Below are positions 38,672-49,639 of a DNA stretch of 64,000 nucleotides, one piece after another. Positions within the stretch are counted from its first letter, which is position 1; every line of letters begins with the position of its first letter. The notes under the pieces are model-generated. The model did no database searches. It was not told the origin of the DNA and worked only from the letters and a program-made list of their open reading frames with translations. A program made the translations under genes and the position numbers. Source of the stretch: Chiloscyllium plagiosum (Eukaryota); assembly GCF_004010195.1 (NCBI RefSeq), contig NC_057752.1, positions 14,770,153 to 14,834,152 of the forward strand, in the 5' to 3' direction.

Positions 38672-38799
38672 ATGGAGGACTTCAATTTACACTACAGGTT
38701 CTTAAATTGGAGGAGACGAATAAGAGAAATAAGAGAAGTACGAGCAGTACGGCATCAAGAGAGGTACAAACGCATTCTTGTCGATGGAGACATACTGAG
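38672..38799 (+). CDS. SPRYD3: SPRY domain-containing protein 3, first coding exon (exon acceptor at 38653/38654)
   Basis: Translates MEDFNLHYRFLNWRRRIREIREVRAVRHQERYKRILVDGDIL(S), matching the vertebrate SPRYD3 N-terminus as I recall it (MDDLNLHYRFLNWRRRIREIREVRAFRYQERFKHILVDGDTLS). Polypyrimidine tract + TAG acceptor upstream; AG|GTAATG donor; phase 2. Confidence 0.95.
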
Positions 38800-39329
38800 G
38801 TAATGCTTCCTGTTGAACAAGCACTTTGATAAGTATGTGAATGAGTGATAAAGATGCTGTAATCTGTGATGAAAGATTCGACATGTAGTTTGGTCTAGGT
38901 CATTGCAAAGTTGCTGCAGAATGAATTAGTGATTTTATGCACATTATTGCAACCAGTGGCACACATTTTTTTAATCCTGTTACTTCACCTGAGTGGCTTA
39001 GTTATATGCACATATGAGCAGGTGACTTGCTTCACTGTCGAAAGTCTGAACAGCTTATCCTGGAGAGTTTTCATTAAACATTTATGAGAAGTAAACAGGA
39101 ATTGAGTCAGAGTTATTGTTCATCCATGCTTTTTTCCTTTGATTTTGGACCTAAATCCAGTTTTGGCTTCGGGATTGCATTTGAAGTTATTAGGATGCTG
39201 CGAAGGTCTGCGATCTGTATGTGAGAAAAACGCTGGAAGTCCATTTTTTAACCATTTCTCTGTGGAAGTGTCCTTTCTGTAAACTCGTGCATACTGCAAT
39301 TATATAGATTTACACTTTCTCAAGATTGG

Positions 39330-39612
39330 TCAGTGGTTAGCATTGCTGCCTCACTGCGCCAGGAACCTGGGTTCGGTTTCACCCTTGGGCCATTTGTGTG
39401 GAGCTTCCGCGGGATCTCCGGTTGCCTCCCACAGTCTGAAGATGTATAGGTTAGGATGATTGGATATACTAAATTGCCTATTGTGTCCAGGGATGTGCAG
39501 TCTAGGTGGATTAGGAATGGGAAATGCAGGGTTGCAGGATGGGATAGATCTGGATGGGATGCTCTTTGGAGAGTCGATGTAAACTCAATGGGCTGAATGG
39601 CCTGCCTCCATG
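39330..39612 (+). mobile_element. HE1-type SINE (older copy)
   Basis: cagtggttagcattgctgcctcac..ctcccacagtc..gggctgaatggcctg. Confidence 0.75.
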
Positions 39613-39726
39613 CTGGAGGAAAAAGGTGGCTAACATGGTCAAAATCAATCATGAGACTGGATGTTAAAGAGATTATGGACAAGCTCGCAGAAGTGATTAC
39701 ATCTCATTGGCTAAAATTACATTAAG

Positions 39727-39947
39727 GAGAAAGTGAGGTCTGCAGATGCTGGAGATCAGAGCTGAAAATGTGTTGCTGGAAAAGCGCAGCAGGTCAGGCA
39801 GCATCCAGGGAACAGGAGAATCGACGTTTCGGGCATAAGCCCTTCTTCAGGAATTCCTGAAGAAGGGCTTATGCCCGAAATGTCGATTCTCCTGTTCCCT
39901 GGATGCTGCCTGACCTGCTGCGCTTTTCCAGCAACACGTTTTCAGCT
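39727..39947. mobile_element. Palindromic Penelope-derived mini-element, copy 3, in a SPRYD3 intron (hammerhead motifs 39818-39855 minus, 39852-39889 plus)
   Basis: Spacer-less palindrome 39760-39947 centred on GAATTC (39851-39856), 2 mismatches; 17-bp TSD GCTAAAATTACATTAAG at 39710-39726 and 39945-39961. Confidence 0.9.
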
Positions 39948-40014
39948 AAAATTACATTAAGTTCTGTATAAATTAAATACATTAATGCAGATTCTTTGGG
40001 CACTAATCTTTCAG

Positions 40015-40090
40015 TTATCATGGAAACGCTGATGAAGTTGGCTGTTACGTGGCCCCTCGTCCTTTGACCAAGGAGAATCATTATTTTGAG
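40015..40090 (+). CDS. SPRYD3: SPRYD3 coding exon (76 nt)
   Basis: ctttcag acceptor; (S)YHGNADEVGCYVAPRPLTKENHYFE; GAG|GTAGGT donor; in frame with the previous exon. Confidence 0.95.
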
Positions 40091-41579
40091 GTAGGTGAAT
40101 CTCAAGGAGCTGACTGGTGCTGTGAAATACCAAGCTTTTAAACTGTGGTTAAAGCAAAATTGTTGACCCTGCAGTATGTCTGCAGTCAGACTCGCCCTGT
40201 CCTTTAAATTCTTTTCAGGTCACTTGTCACAATTGAAGAGTACTTTGTAGGGGAATGGGTCTGGGTGGGTTGCTCTTCGGAGGATCGGTGTGGACTTGTT
40301 GGGCTGTAGGGCCTGTTTGCACACTGTAGGGAATCTAATCTAATCAAGTACTCCTGTCTGAGGTGAAGATTATGTCCCCGATGGGTTCTTGTGCTTGCAA
40401 ACACCATTTTACTGGTTAATTTTATAAATAACTGTAGAAAAGTCAATAGAGTGGCTTGTCCTTTAAGCAGATGGCCTGCCCATGTGTGTCTTGCTAAGCA
40501 GATCTCAAGAACTGGTGCTTCTAATGTATAGTGCAGATGGAATCAAACGGAAAGGCAGGGGTTTTAAATTACTTGGCCTTGACCTACTATTGAGTCAATA
40601 CATCCTTTTTATTCAAACTAAATGAAATAACTCAGCAAGTGGTATTTGCAGCTTCATTTATCCATTCAAGTTCAACAAATGACCATTTTAGTCATCTGGA
40701 GGCTGTGTTTGAATATTAATATAAAGGTTGTTTTGAATAATCTCTAGAAGTCTTTTATGCATGAAGAGAAAAAAATTGTTGTTTTTTGGTAAACGGAGCA
40801 GCTTGAAAGGTTCCACAAACAGTAATGAAGATGAACCAGTTAATCTACGATTTGATTTTGGGTGATAGGCCACCAGGACAAGTCCCTTTTTTTTTCAATA
40901 TTGCCGCAAGATCTTTTACACCCTGATTTGGCCGATTTGGCCTTAGGTTAACAATTCATCCAAAGAGCAGTGCCATTCATAGTACAATGCTCCTTCAGAA
41001 CTGCTTTGAAGTGTTACCTAAGATTATGACCTCAAGTCTCTGAAACGAGGCTTGGAATGATGTTCTGACTCAAGTGTATGCTACCACTGAGCCAACCTGG
41101 CACTTAGAATGCTGAGAGCAATATATTAAATTAATCAGTGTTCATTTTATCTGATTGTTAGTTACTGCAAAGTCTCGTAATATTAACCCCTCGTTGAGAC
41201 AAAAAAAAACGAGGAAAAAGGAAACTAATTCAGAGAAAATATTGTGAAATTCCTCCCTGATTCCTCAAAGCAAGAAAAGAAACACCAGGAGACCAATGTT
41301 ATAGCACAAAGTTCTGAAATGAACCCATTTCCAAACTAACCCATTTTCTGCCTTCCTCGCATCTCCCAATTATTTTTCTATGGATATAAGACCACACAAG
41401 GGAATAATCACCTGCATGTGGTTTCAGAAGTCACAGCTTTCATAGACAATGTTACCTTTGATATCCTTCACTATCTTATCTGTTGAAGCCACATTAGTTA
41501 CTGCTCTAAAATTTTCAAGTTCTTTGTATGGAGACATTCGATCTTACCTTTTTTCTTTGAGGATTTGAATGCCTACTGC

Positions 41580-42060
41580 CTATTGTTACAGTAAACAATT
41601 TGCTCCTTTAAACCTGCTCTGCCATTCAACATGATCATGGTTGAACTTCCACCTCAACTTTACCTTCTTGCACTATTCCATATCTCTTAAATCGCTTCAT
41701 ACCACTTCATCTTGAACATACTCCATAGAGCTACAGTTCTTTGGAATAGAGAATTACAGCTATTTACGGCCCTCAAGTCATTTCTCCTCGTCTCAGTCCT
41801 AAGCGGCCAACCCCTTTTTCATGGGTAATCCCATGCTCCAGATTCTTCAGTTAGGAAAATATTTTCTGAGCATCGATGCTGTTGAGCCTCTTCAGGTTTT
41901 TTAGATATTTAAATTGAACCACCCCTCATTTTTCTAAACTTCAGGGAATGTAGGCCTAGTTGACGCAACCTCTCATCATAGACCAGCCTCCTCTTTCCAA
42001 GAGTCAGGCCACTGATTCTTCATTGCGTTCCCCTCAAGGCAAGCTGAAGTATATCCTTTT
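41580..42060 (-). mobile_element. Old CR1-type LINE 3' fragment
   Basis: cctgctctgccattcaacatgatcatgg tail motif and tttctcctcgtctcagtcctaa. Confidence 0.65.
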
Positions 42061-42064
42061 TAAA

Positions 42065-43640
42065 TATTAATGTATGGGTTGTGGGCATTGCTGCCTGAAC
42101 CAGTAATCATTACTCACCCTAGTTTCCCTTGAGATGATGGTAATGTGTGGCCTTGTTGAATTGCTGCAGTCCTTGCAGTGTAAGAACACCCACATGTTAT
42201 GGATGACACGGTGGCACAGTGGTTAGCCTCACAGCGCCAGAGACCCAGGTTCAATTTCTGCCTCAGGCAACTGTCTGTGTGGAGTTTGCACATTCTCCCC
42301 GTGTCTGCGTGGGTTTCCTCTGGGTGCTCCGGTTTCCTCCCACAGTCCAAAGATGTGCAGGTCAGGTGAATTGGCCATGCTAAATTGCCCGTAGTGTTAG
42401 GTGAAGGGGTAAATGTAGGGAAACGGGTCTGGGTGGGTTGCTCTTCGGAGGGTCGGTGTAGACTTGTTGGGCTGAAGGGCCTGTTTCCACACTGTTAAGT
42501 CATCTAATTTAATAACAGTACTTTTGAGAAGGGAGTTCTCAGATTTTGATTGGTGACGCTGAAGGAATAGTGGTGTATTTCCAAATCGGGATGTTGTGTC
42601 TTGGAGTAGCACTTGTAGGTGGCTGCTGCCCTTCTAGGTGGTAGAGGTTGTAGGTTTGAAAGATGCTATCTGAGGACCTTTGATGAATTTCTGCAGTGCA
42701 TCTTGTAGACGATACACAGTGCTGCTATGGAGCGTCAGTGTTGGAGGGAGTAGATGTTTGTGGGTGTAGACAAATCAAGTGGGCTCTTTTGTCCAGGATG
42801 GTGTCTAGCTTCTTGAATGCTGTTGGAGCTGCACTCATTCAAACAATTGGAGAGTATTCCTAACCTGTGCCTTGAAGGTTATGGACAAGGTTTGGGAAGT
42901 TGGGAGGTGAGTTGCTTGCTGTGGTATCCTAGCCTCTGACTCATTCTTGTAGCCACAGTATTTACATTGTTCATTCAATTCCGTTTCTAGTCAGTGGTAA
43001 CTCCCAGGATGTTTTTATTGCTGGATTCAGTGTAGGTGATGCTATTGAATGTCAAGTGGTGGAGGTTAGATACTCTTTTGATCATTGTCTGGCATTTTTG
43101 TGGCTCAAGTGTTACTTGCCTCTTGGATATTGCTTTTTGACATTTTTATTATGTGAGGAGTTGCGAATGATGTTGAACGTTACACAATCATCAGTGAATA
43201 TCCCCATATCTGATAGACGAATCACTGAAGATAATTGGGTCCAGGATACTACCCTGAAGAACTCCTGCAGTGATATCCTGGGAACTGAAATGACTAACCT
43301 CCAACAATCACAACCTTCCTTTCTGCCAAGTATGACTTCAACCAGTGGAGCATTTTCCTCTGATTCCCTTTGATTATAGTTTTGTTCGGGCTCTTTTATG
43401 CCCCATTTGGTCAAATGTGGCCTTAATGTCAAAGGCAGTCACTCTCACCACCTCTCTGGAGTTCAGATATTTTTTTTCCATGTTTGACTTGATGTTGTGA
43501 TGAGATCAGGAGCCATTATCTGGTAGATGCCAGTGTTGTAGCTGGAGTGGAACAGCGTGGCTATGTGAACGGCAAGTTCTAGAGCACACATCTTCAGTGC
43601 TATTGTCAGAATGTTATCAGGGCCCATAGCCTTTGCAGTA
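42065..43640 (-). mobile_element. Decayed LINE of a second (CR1/L2-group) family, with SINE insertion
   Basis: TAKAMGPDNI..ALKMCALELA; related plus-strand pieces at ~36930-37170, ~46720-47170, ~53820-55040 and a minus-strand piece at ~62700-63330. Confidence 0.65.
42201..42510 (+). mobile_element. HE1-type SINE, full length
   Basis: Head, core and tail as in the other copies. Confidence 0.88.
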
Positions 43641-43654
43641 TCTTCCTTGGGTAA

Positions 43655-45135
43655 CGAGTAAAACTGTACATCGTACTCAAGATGAAATAAGTCCACAGAG
43701 GCCGTATCCCATCACCAAGTCATCCTATATTTACATGTAGAGAGTGCTTGACACAGAGCCAGCTCTGAGTGAACAGTCTGTTTCTCCTGTTTATATCTGT
43801 CAGCCAGGACTCCCTGATTAGGGCTGTCAATCTGGTCCACTCAGACAATACATATTCTATGAGGTCCACACAGCTAACCTCATTAAAATCACTACATCCC
43901 TCCCACTCTGAGCCAGAGGCCATAGGGCCAGTTCTTTCTTTTTTGTAGCTCCTTCTGAGGCATTTTAACACTGGGTCAGGTTTCTCCAACTCTGCCTCTG
44001 ATATGGGTGGCATGTAACATACAGTAGCTCATCTCTTGTGATCGGAGTGTCTCAGAAGAAAATTATTCTCTTCAGGCCCATGAAAGGACCTACGTAGTCA
44101 ATCTGCAACTGAGTCCAGGGTTTACGCGGCCATTCGCATGAATGTGGGGGACCTGTGAGCTCATACTGTCACGATGCTGAATGGGGAGGCATTGCATGTT
44201 AATGCCAGATCTCGCTTGGGATTATAGTTTGCCACACCTCAGAGGATGATGGCTGTTTTTTCACTTCCCTAAAAGCTATGGCTTGGCTATGCCACCATTT
44301 CCAAGGCTGGCCCTTATTTGAGAGTTGATGCATATGTGCCAGGATGGAGGCCAGCTTATGTATGAACTTGCTGTAATAGTTCACCAGCCCAAGGAAAGAC
44401 CTAAGCTCAAGTACAGATGTGGGAGCCCTCACTTTATCTTCCAATGGGTCTTGTTGACTCTGTAGCCCAAGTAGGTCACTTGGGTGTCTGGAACCCTCCT
44501 AATGCATATGCATGCCCTGGGCGAAATGTCTAACAGTTCTATCCAAGTTCTTGATGTGCTCCTTATTGGCCTCCCCAGTTATAGTATGTCATCTAGATAA
44601 ATGACAACCTGGGGTTGACCTTGTAAAATGTTCTCCATCTTCCACTGAAAAATTGCACAGGCTGACAATACCCCATATGGTAGTCTCATGTATTGGTACA
44701 ATTGCAAATACAAATGGCTCATGTCCAGCTTCGTAAAGAACAACCCTTTGCCAGCTTTGTATAAATCCTCTAGACAAGGGAATTATATTTATCCAGCTGC
44801 GAGAAGCGGTTTACTGTTTGTTTAAAATTCCCACAAAGGCTTCGCAACCTGTCAGGCTTTACAATCAGCTGGTGCTGCCTGTTTCACAGACTGGACTGGT
44901 TTGATGATTTCTGTCTTCACTTCTGTTCTTAAGGCAAATGGCACTGGGAGGGACTTGCAGAATCATAGAATTGTTTCCTGGTTAACGTATAAGCTGGCTT
45001 TGGCTCCTTTGATAGTCTGTCTGCCTTCCTGAAAAACATTCAGGTATTTCATTAGGACTTCATTCAGGCAGCCATTTTCTAATAGAAAAATACTGTTACT
45101 AGGTGAATATTTCGCAACCAATATTGCCGACATCA
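43655..45135 (-). mobile_element. Gypsy/Ty3 LTR retrotransposon remnant (pol fragments, PPT, probable 3' LTR)
   Basis: APTSVLELRSFLGLVNYYSKFI..WKW; VVIYLDDIL at ~44582-44609 (minus); polypurine agagtgggaggga followed by TG at ~43895-43909; related LTR-like fragment at ~34758-34830. Confidence 0.8.
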
Positions 45136-46635
45136 CATAGAGATATACAGCACGGAAACAGACCCTTCGATCCAACTCATCCATGCCGATCAGGTATCCT
45201 AAATTGAACTAGTCTCATTTGCCAGCATTTGGCCCATTTCCCTTAACCACTTTCTATTCATATACCCATCCAGATGCCTTTTAAATGCTGCAAATGTACC
45301 AGCCTCTACTGACAGCTCATTCAATACATGCACCACCCTCTGTGTGAAAGAGTTGCCACTTAGGTCCCTTTTATATCTCTCCTCTCTCACCTTAAACCCA
45401 TGCCTTCTAGTTTTGGACTCCCTTAACCTGGGGAAAAGACCTTGACTGCTCACCCTATCCATGCCCCTCATGATTTTATAAACTTCAATAAGGTCATCTT
45501 GCAGTCTCCAACGCTCCAGGGAAAATAACCCCAGCCTATTCAGCCTCTCTCTGTAGGTCAACTCCTCCAACTCTAGCCTAATTTCTGCTTCTGTGGTCTT
45601 ATGGTTTTAACATCCTTGTAAATCCTTTCTGAATCCTTTCACGTTTCAAGTCTGTGAAGGAGTTAGCTGAAGAGATAGTGGAGCCTTTATTAGTGATGTG
45701 TCAGGGGGAGTCCCTGAGGACTGGAAAATTGCTGATGTAACCCCCACCCTCCCGGGTTTAAGAAGGGAGTAAGGCAGGAAATTATAAGCCAATTAGCCTG
45801 ACCTCAGATGTTAGTAAGATTTTGGAGCCCATTGTGAAGGATGGGATTTCTGAGTACTTGGAAGTGCATAATAAAATAGGGCCAAGTCAGCATGGTTTCA
45901 TCAGGGGAGGTCATGCCTGACAAATGTGTAAGAATTCTTTGAGGAGCTGATGAGCAGGTTAGACCAGGAGAGCCAATGGATGTTATCTCTGTGGACATGT
46001 ACGCCAGTCACTAAAAGTAAGCATGCAGGTGCAGTAGGCAGTGAAGAAGGCAAATAGTATGTTGATCCTCCTAACGAGAGAATTCAAATGCAGGAGCAGA
46101 GATGTCTTGCTCGATTGTCGAGGTCTGTGACGACATCTGGAGTATTGTGTGCAGTTTTGGTCTCCTTATCTGAGGAAGGGTTTTCTGGCTGTGGAGGGAG
46201 TACAACAAATGTTTACCAGACTGATTTCTGGCATGGCAGGACTGATGTATGAAGAGAAACTGGGTTGGTATGAACTGTATTCACTGGAGTTTATAAGAAT
46301 GAGGGGGATCTCATGGAAACCTATAAAATTCGAACAGGACTAGCCAGGGTAAACACAGGAAGAATGTTCCCGTTAGTTTGGGGCTTGCAGAACCAGAGGT
46401 CACTGTCTAAAGATATGGGGTCGGCCATTTAGGGCTGATATGAGAAATGTCTTCACCCAGAGAGAATGGTGAGCCTGTGGAATTCTATGCCACAGAAAGC
46501 GGTTGATACCAAAACATTGGATGTTTTCAAGATAGAGTTCAGGATATTGAGTTGGATGATCAACAATGATCATGTTGTGAATGGTGAAGCAGGCCCCAAG
46601 AGCCAATGACCTACTCCTTCGATTTTCTACATTTC
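45136..46635. mobile_element. CR1-type LINE fragments (minus 45136-45650; plus 45650-46635)
   Basis: RERLNRLGLFSLE..; QFWSPYLRK... Confidence 0.8.
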
Positions 46636-47169
46636 TAAAAGAAAGAAATAGGGTGTATAATGAATAAATGTTTTGTTTCTGTTTTCACTATAGAGGTTAC
46701 AAAAAAAACCAGTAATAACTATAAATCAGGCACAAGCCCGGAGTATGATGGAATACTTCCCATTTGTCTGGGTGAATGCAGCACCAGCAATGCTCAAGAA
46801 ATTTGACACCATCCACTTGACTGCCACCACATCCACAAACATTCACTCTCTCCTCTGCCGATGCTGAGTAGCAACAGCTATTGACAAGGTGCCCTGCAAA
46901 AATTCTCCAAAGATCCTTAGACAGCTCCATTTAGAAGGACAAGAGCAGCAGATACATGGGAACACCACCATCTTCAAGTTCCCTTCCAAGCCATTCACCA
47001 TCCTGACTTGGAAAAATATTACCAATATTTCATTGCTGGGTCAAAATCCTGGAATTCCTTCCTTAATGACATTGTGAGTCTGCCTACAGCACAGGAACTG
47101 CAGCAGTTCAAGCAGGCAGCTCACCACCATCAGGGATGGGCAAGAAATGTTGGCCCAGCCAGCGGCACC

Positions 47170-48460
47170 CAAGGAGTTTGGTGAAATTATAATCACTCAG
47201 GATGCAAAATTGAGAAAGCAGATGGAACTGTGGGTTCATAAGTCTCCAGGTCTGGATAGACTTGATCTTTGGGTCTCAAAAGAATTGGCTAATGAGCTAT
47301 TAGATGCATTTCTGTTAATTTTCCAAAATTCATTAGATGCTGAATAGGTCCTGATAGACTCTAACAGCAAGTGTAACCCCTTTATTCAAGAATGAAAAGA
47401 GACAGAAAGCAGAACTATAGGCTGGTTACCTTGATGTCTGTGAAGTGGAAGGTGTTGGAACAGGTCATTAGCTAGACATTTGGAGAAACACATTGAAATT
47501 AGAAGGAGTCGTTGTGGTTTTGTGATGGAGAAATCATGTTTAACCAATTTATTGGAATTCTTTAAAGCGGTAACGTGCACTGTGAATAAAAGGTGCCCGC
47601 TGATGTGCGGGACTTGGATTTTCAGAAGGCATTTAATGAGGTTCAATATAAAAAGTTATTTTACAAAGTATGAGCCCATGATGTAAGGGGTAAAATGATA
47701 GCAGGAATAAAAAGATTGGCTAGCTAGCATTTAACCGACAGGATGCACAAAATAGGTCTTTTCCAAATTGTAGGATGTGACGAGTAGGGTCCCATAAAGT
47801 GTCTGTACTGTGACCTCATTGTTTTTGAAGTTATATCATGACTTAGATAATAGGACCGAAGGCATGATGGTGCAAAGATGGATGCAGATTGATTTACATA
47901 GGTTACATGAATGCGAGAATCTATCAGATTAAGTATCATGTGGTAAAATGTGAAGTTATTCACTTTGGCAGGAAGAAGAAAAAACAAGACTTAATCAGAG
48001 AATGACTGAAGAATTCTGAGGTGCAGAGGGATTTAGGTATTCTGGGCAAGAGTCACAAAAAGTAGTGTACAGCAAGTGATTTAGAAAGCTAATGGAATGT
48101 AATCTTTTATTATGAGAGGAAATGAGGAAAGGATGTTTGCTTCAGTTACACAGGGCATTGGTGAGACCATATCTTGCATACTGATACATTTTTGATCTCC
48201 TTATTCAAGGAAGGATATATACGTGATGTAGCCAGTTCAGGGGACATTTACTCAATTGATACCTGGAAAACCAGGTTGCCTTGTGAAGAAAGACTGGACA
48301 GAGTGGACTTGGTCTTCTGAACTCCAGTGAAAGCAAATGGTGATTTGACTCATAAAATTCTGAGTAATCTTGACAGATTGGATATGGGTGGGTTAGTCCA
48401 GAAGTAGGGAACACTGTTCTTAAACTGAGGTGTTGTCCTTTTAGGACAGAGATATTGGGA
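47170..48460 (+). mobile_element. Old CR1-type LINE
   Basis: KSPGLD, KSCLTNLLEFF motifs. Confidence 0.75.
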
Positions 48461-48554
48461 TTTCTACTCCTATTTCCTCTACCAAGTTAATTTAAACCCT
48501 TCACAATCAGAAATGTATGTCATACATGTCACAGAATCGCAGAAGTGTTAACAT

Positions 48555-48817
48555 AGAATCCCGAGTACAGATAGAGGCCATTTGATTCATCAAGCCTACA
48601 CTGACCCTCCAAAAAGCATCCCACCCTATCCCCATAACCTTACATTAACCATGGCCAATCCACCTACCTGCAAATCTTTGGACTATGGGAGGAAACCAGA
48701 GCACTTGGCAGAAACTGGGAGAATGTGCGAATTTCATGCAGTCGCCCAAGGTTGAATTGAACCCAGCTTCCTGGTGCTACGAAGCAGCAAAGCTAACCAC
48801 TGAGCCACCGTGTTGGC
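48555..48817 (-). mobile_element. HE1-type SINE (older copy)
   Basis: Reverse-complement head (ctaaccactgagccaccgtg) and core. Confidence 0.75.
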
Positions 48818-49639
48818 CTTATGGCATAGAAGAAGGACTATTGTGTCTGCACCAGCACATCAAATTAGCATTTTGACTTTGTGCTGTTCTCTTGCCTTTT
48901 ATGTACCCTTGCATGTAGTAATTCCACATCTATTTGCTTGATTCTCCTATTTCTGTGCTTATGAGTGCATGGTAATGTGTATAATATGGAGATCGCTACG
49001 GTTTTGAGGTTCCGCTTGCCAGTTACTTTCTTAGCTCCCTAAACTGACTGTAAAATCTTATCCCTTTATTTTTACCCATATTATTGGTACGGGCATGGAC
49101 CACAACTTCTGGCTGTTCGCTTTTTCTATCTGGGTGCCCTGCATTGACGCTGAAACCAGGGAGACAACACACCATCTTGAAGTTATATCTGTGTCTGCAG
49201 AAATAACTGTCCATTCCCCTATAATGACATGCCTATCACTGTTGATTTTTGAAACTTCCTCATGCTCCCTGTACAGCTGAGCCAGCCATGATGCGGAGGG
49301 CTTGGCTTTGACTGCACTCCTCAGGAACCATCATCCTCAAGTATTCAAAGCTAAATAGTAGCTGGAGAGTGTACTATACCTTTGCATTTGAGCTTTGCAC
49401 TTCATACTTGATCCTCCTTGTAATGTACAATGTTTCCACATTGTAATGTAATCTAATCTAATCCTTGACACTTTTCTGCCTGCATATTTTGAGTGCATGG
49501 TGACCAGATAGACATGTGATCAACAGAAGTGTATTCCATGGAGAAAGAAAGGCTCTGAGAAGGATGGTTACTAAGTAAGTTCAGGAGCTGTCAAATTTAA
49601 AAAAAAGAGAGGTGTACAGTTTGGTGAAGGTTAGTGGTT

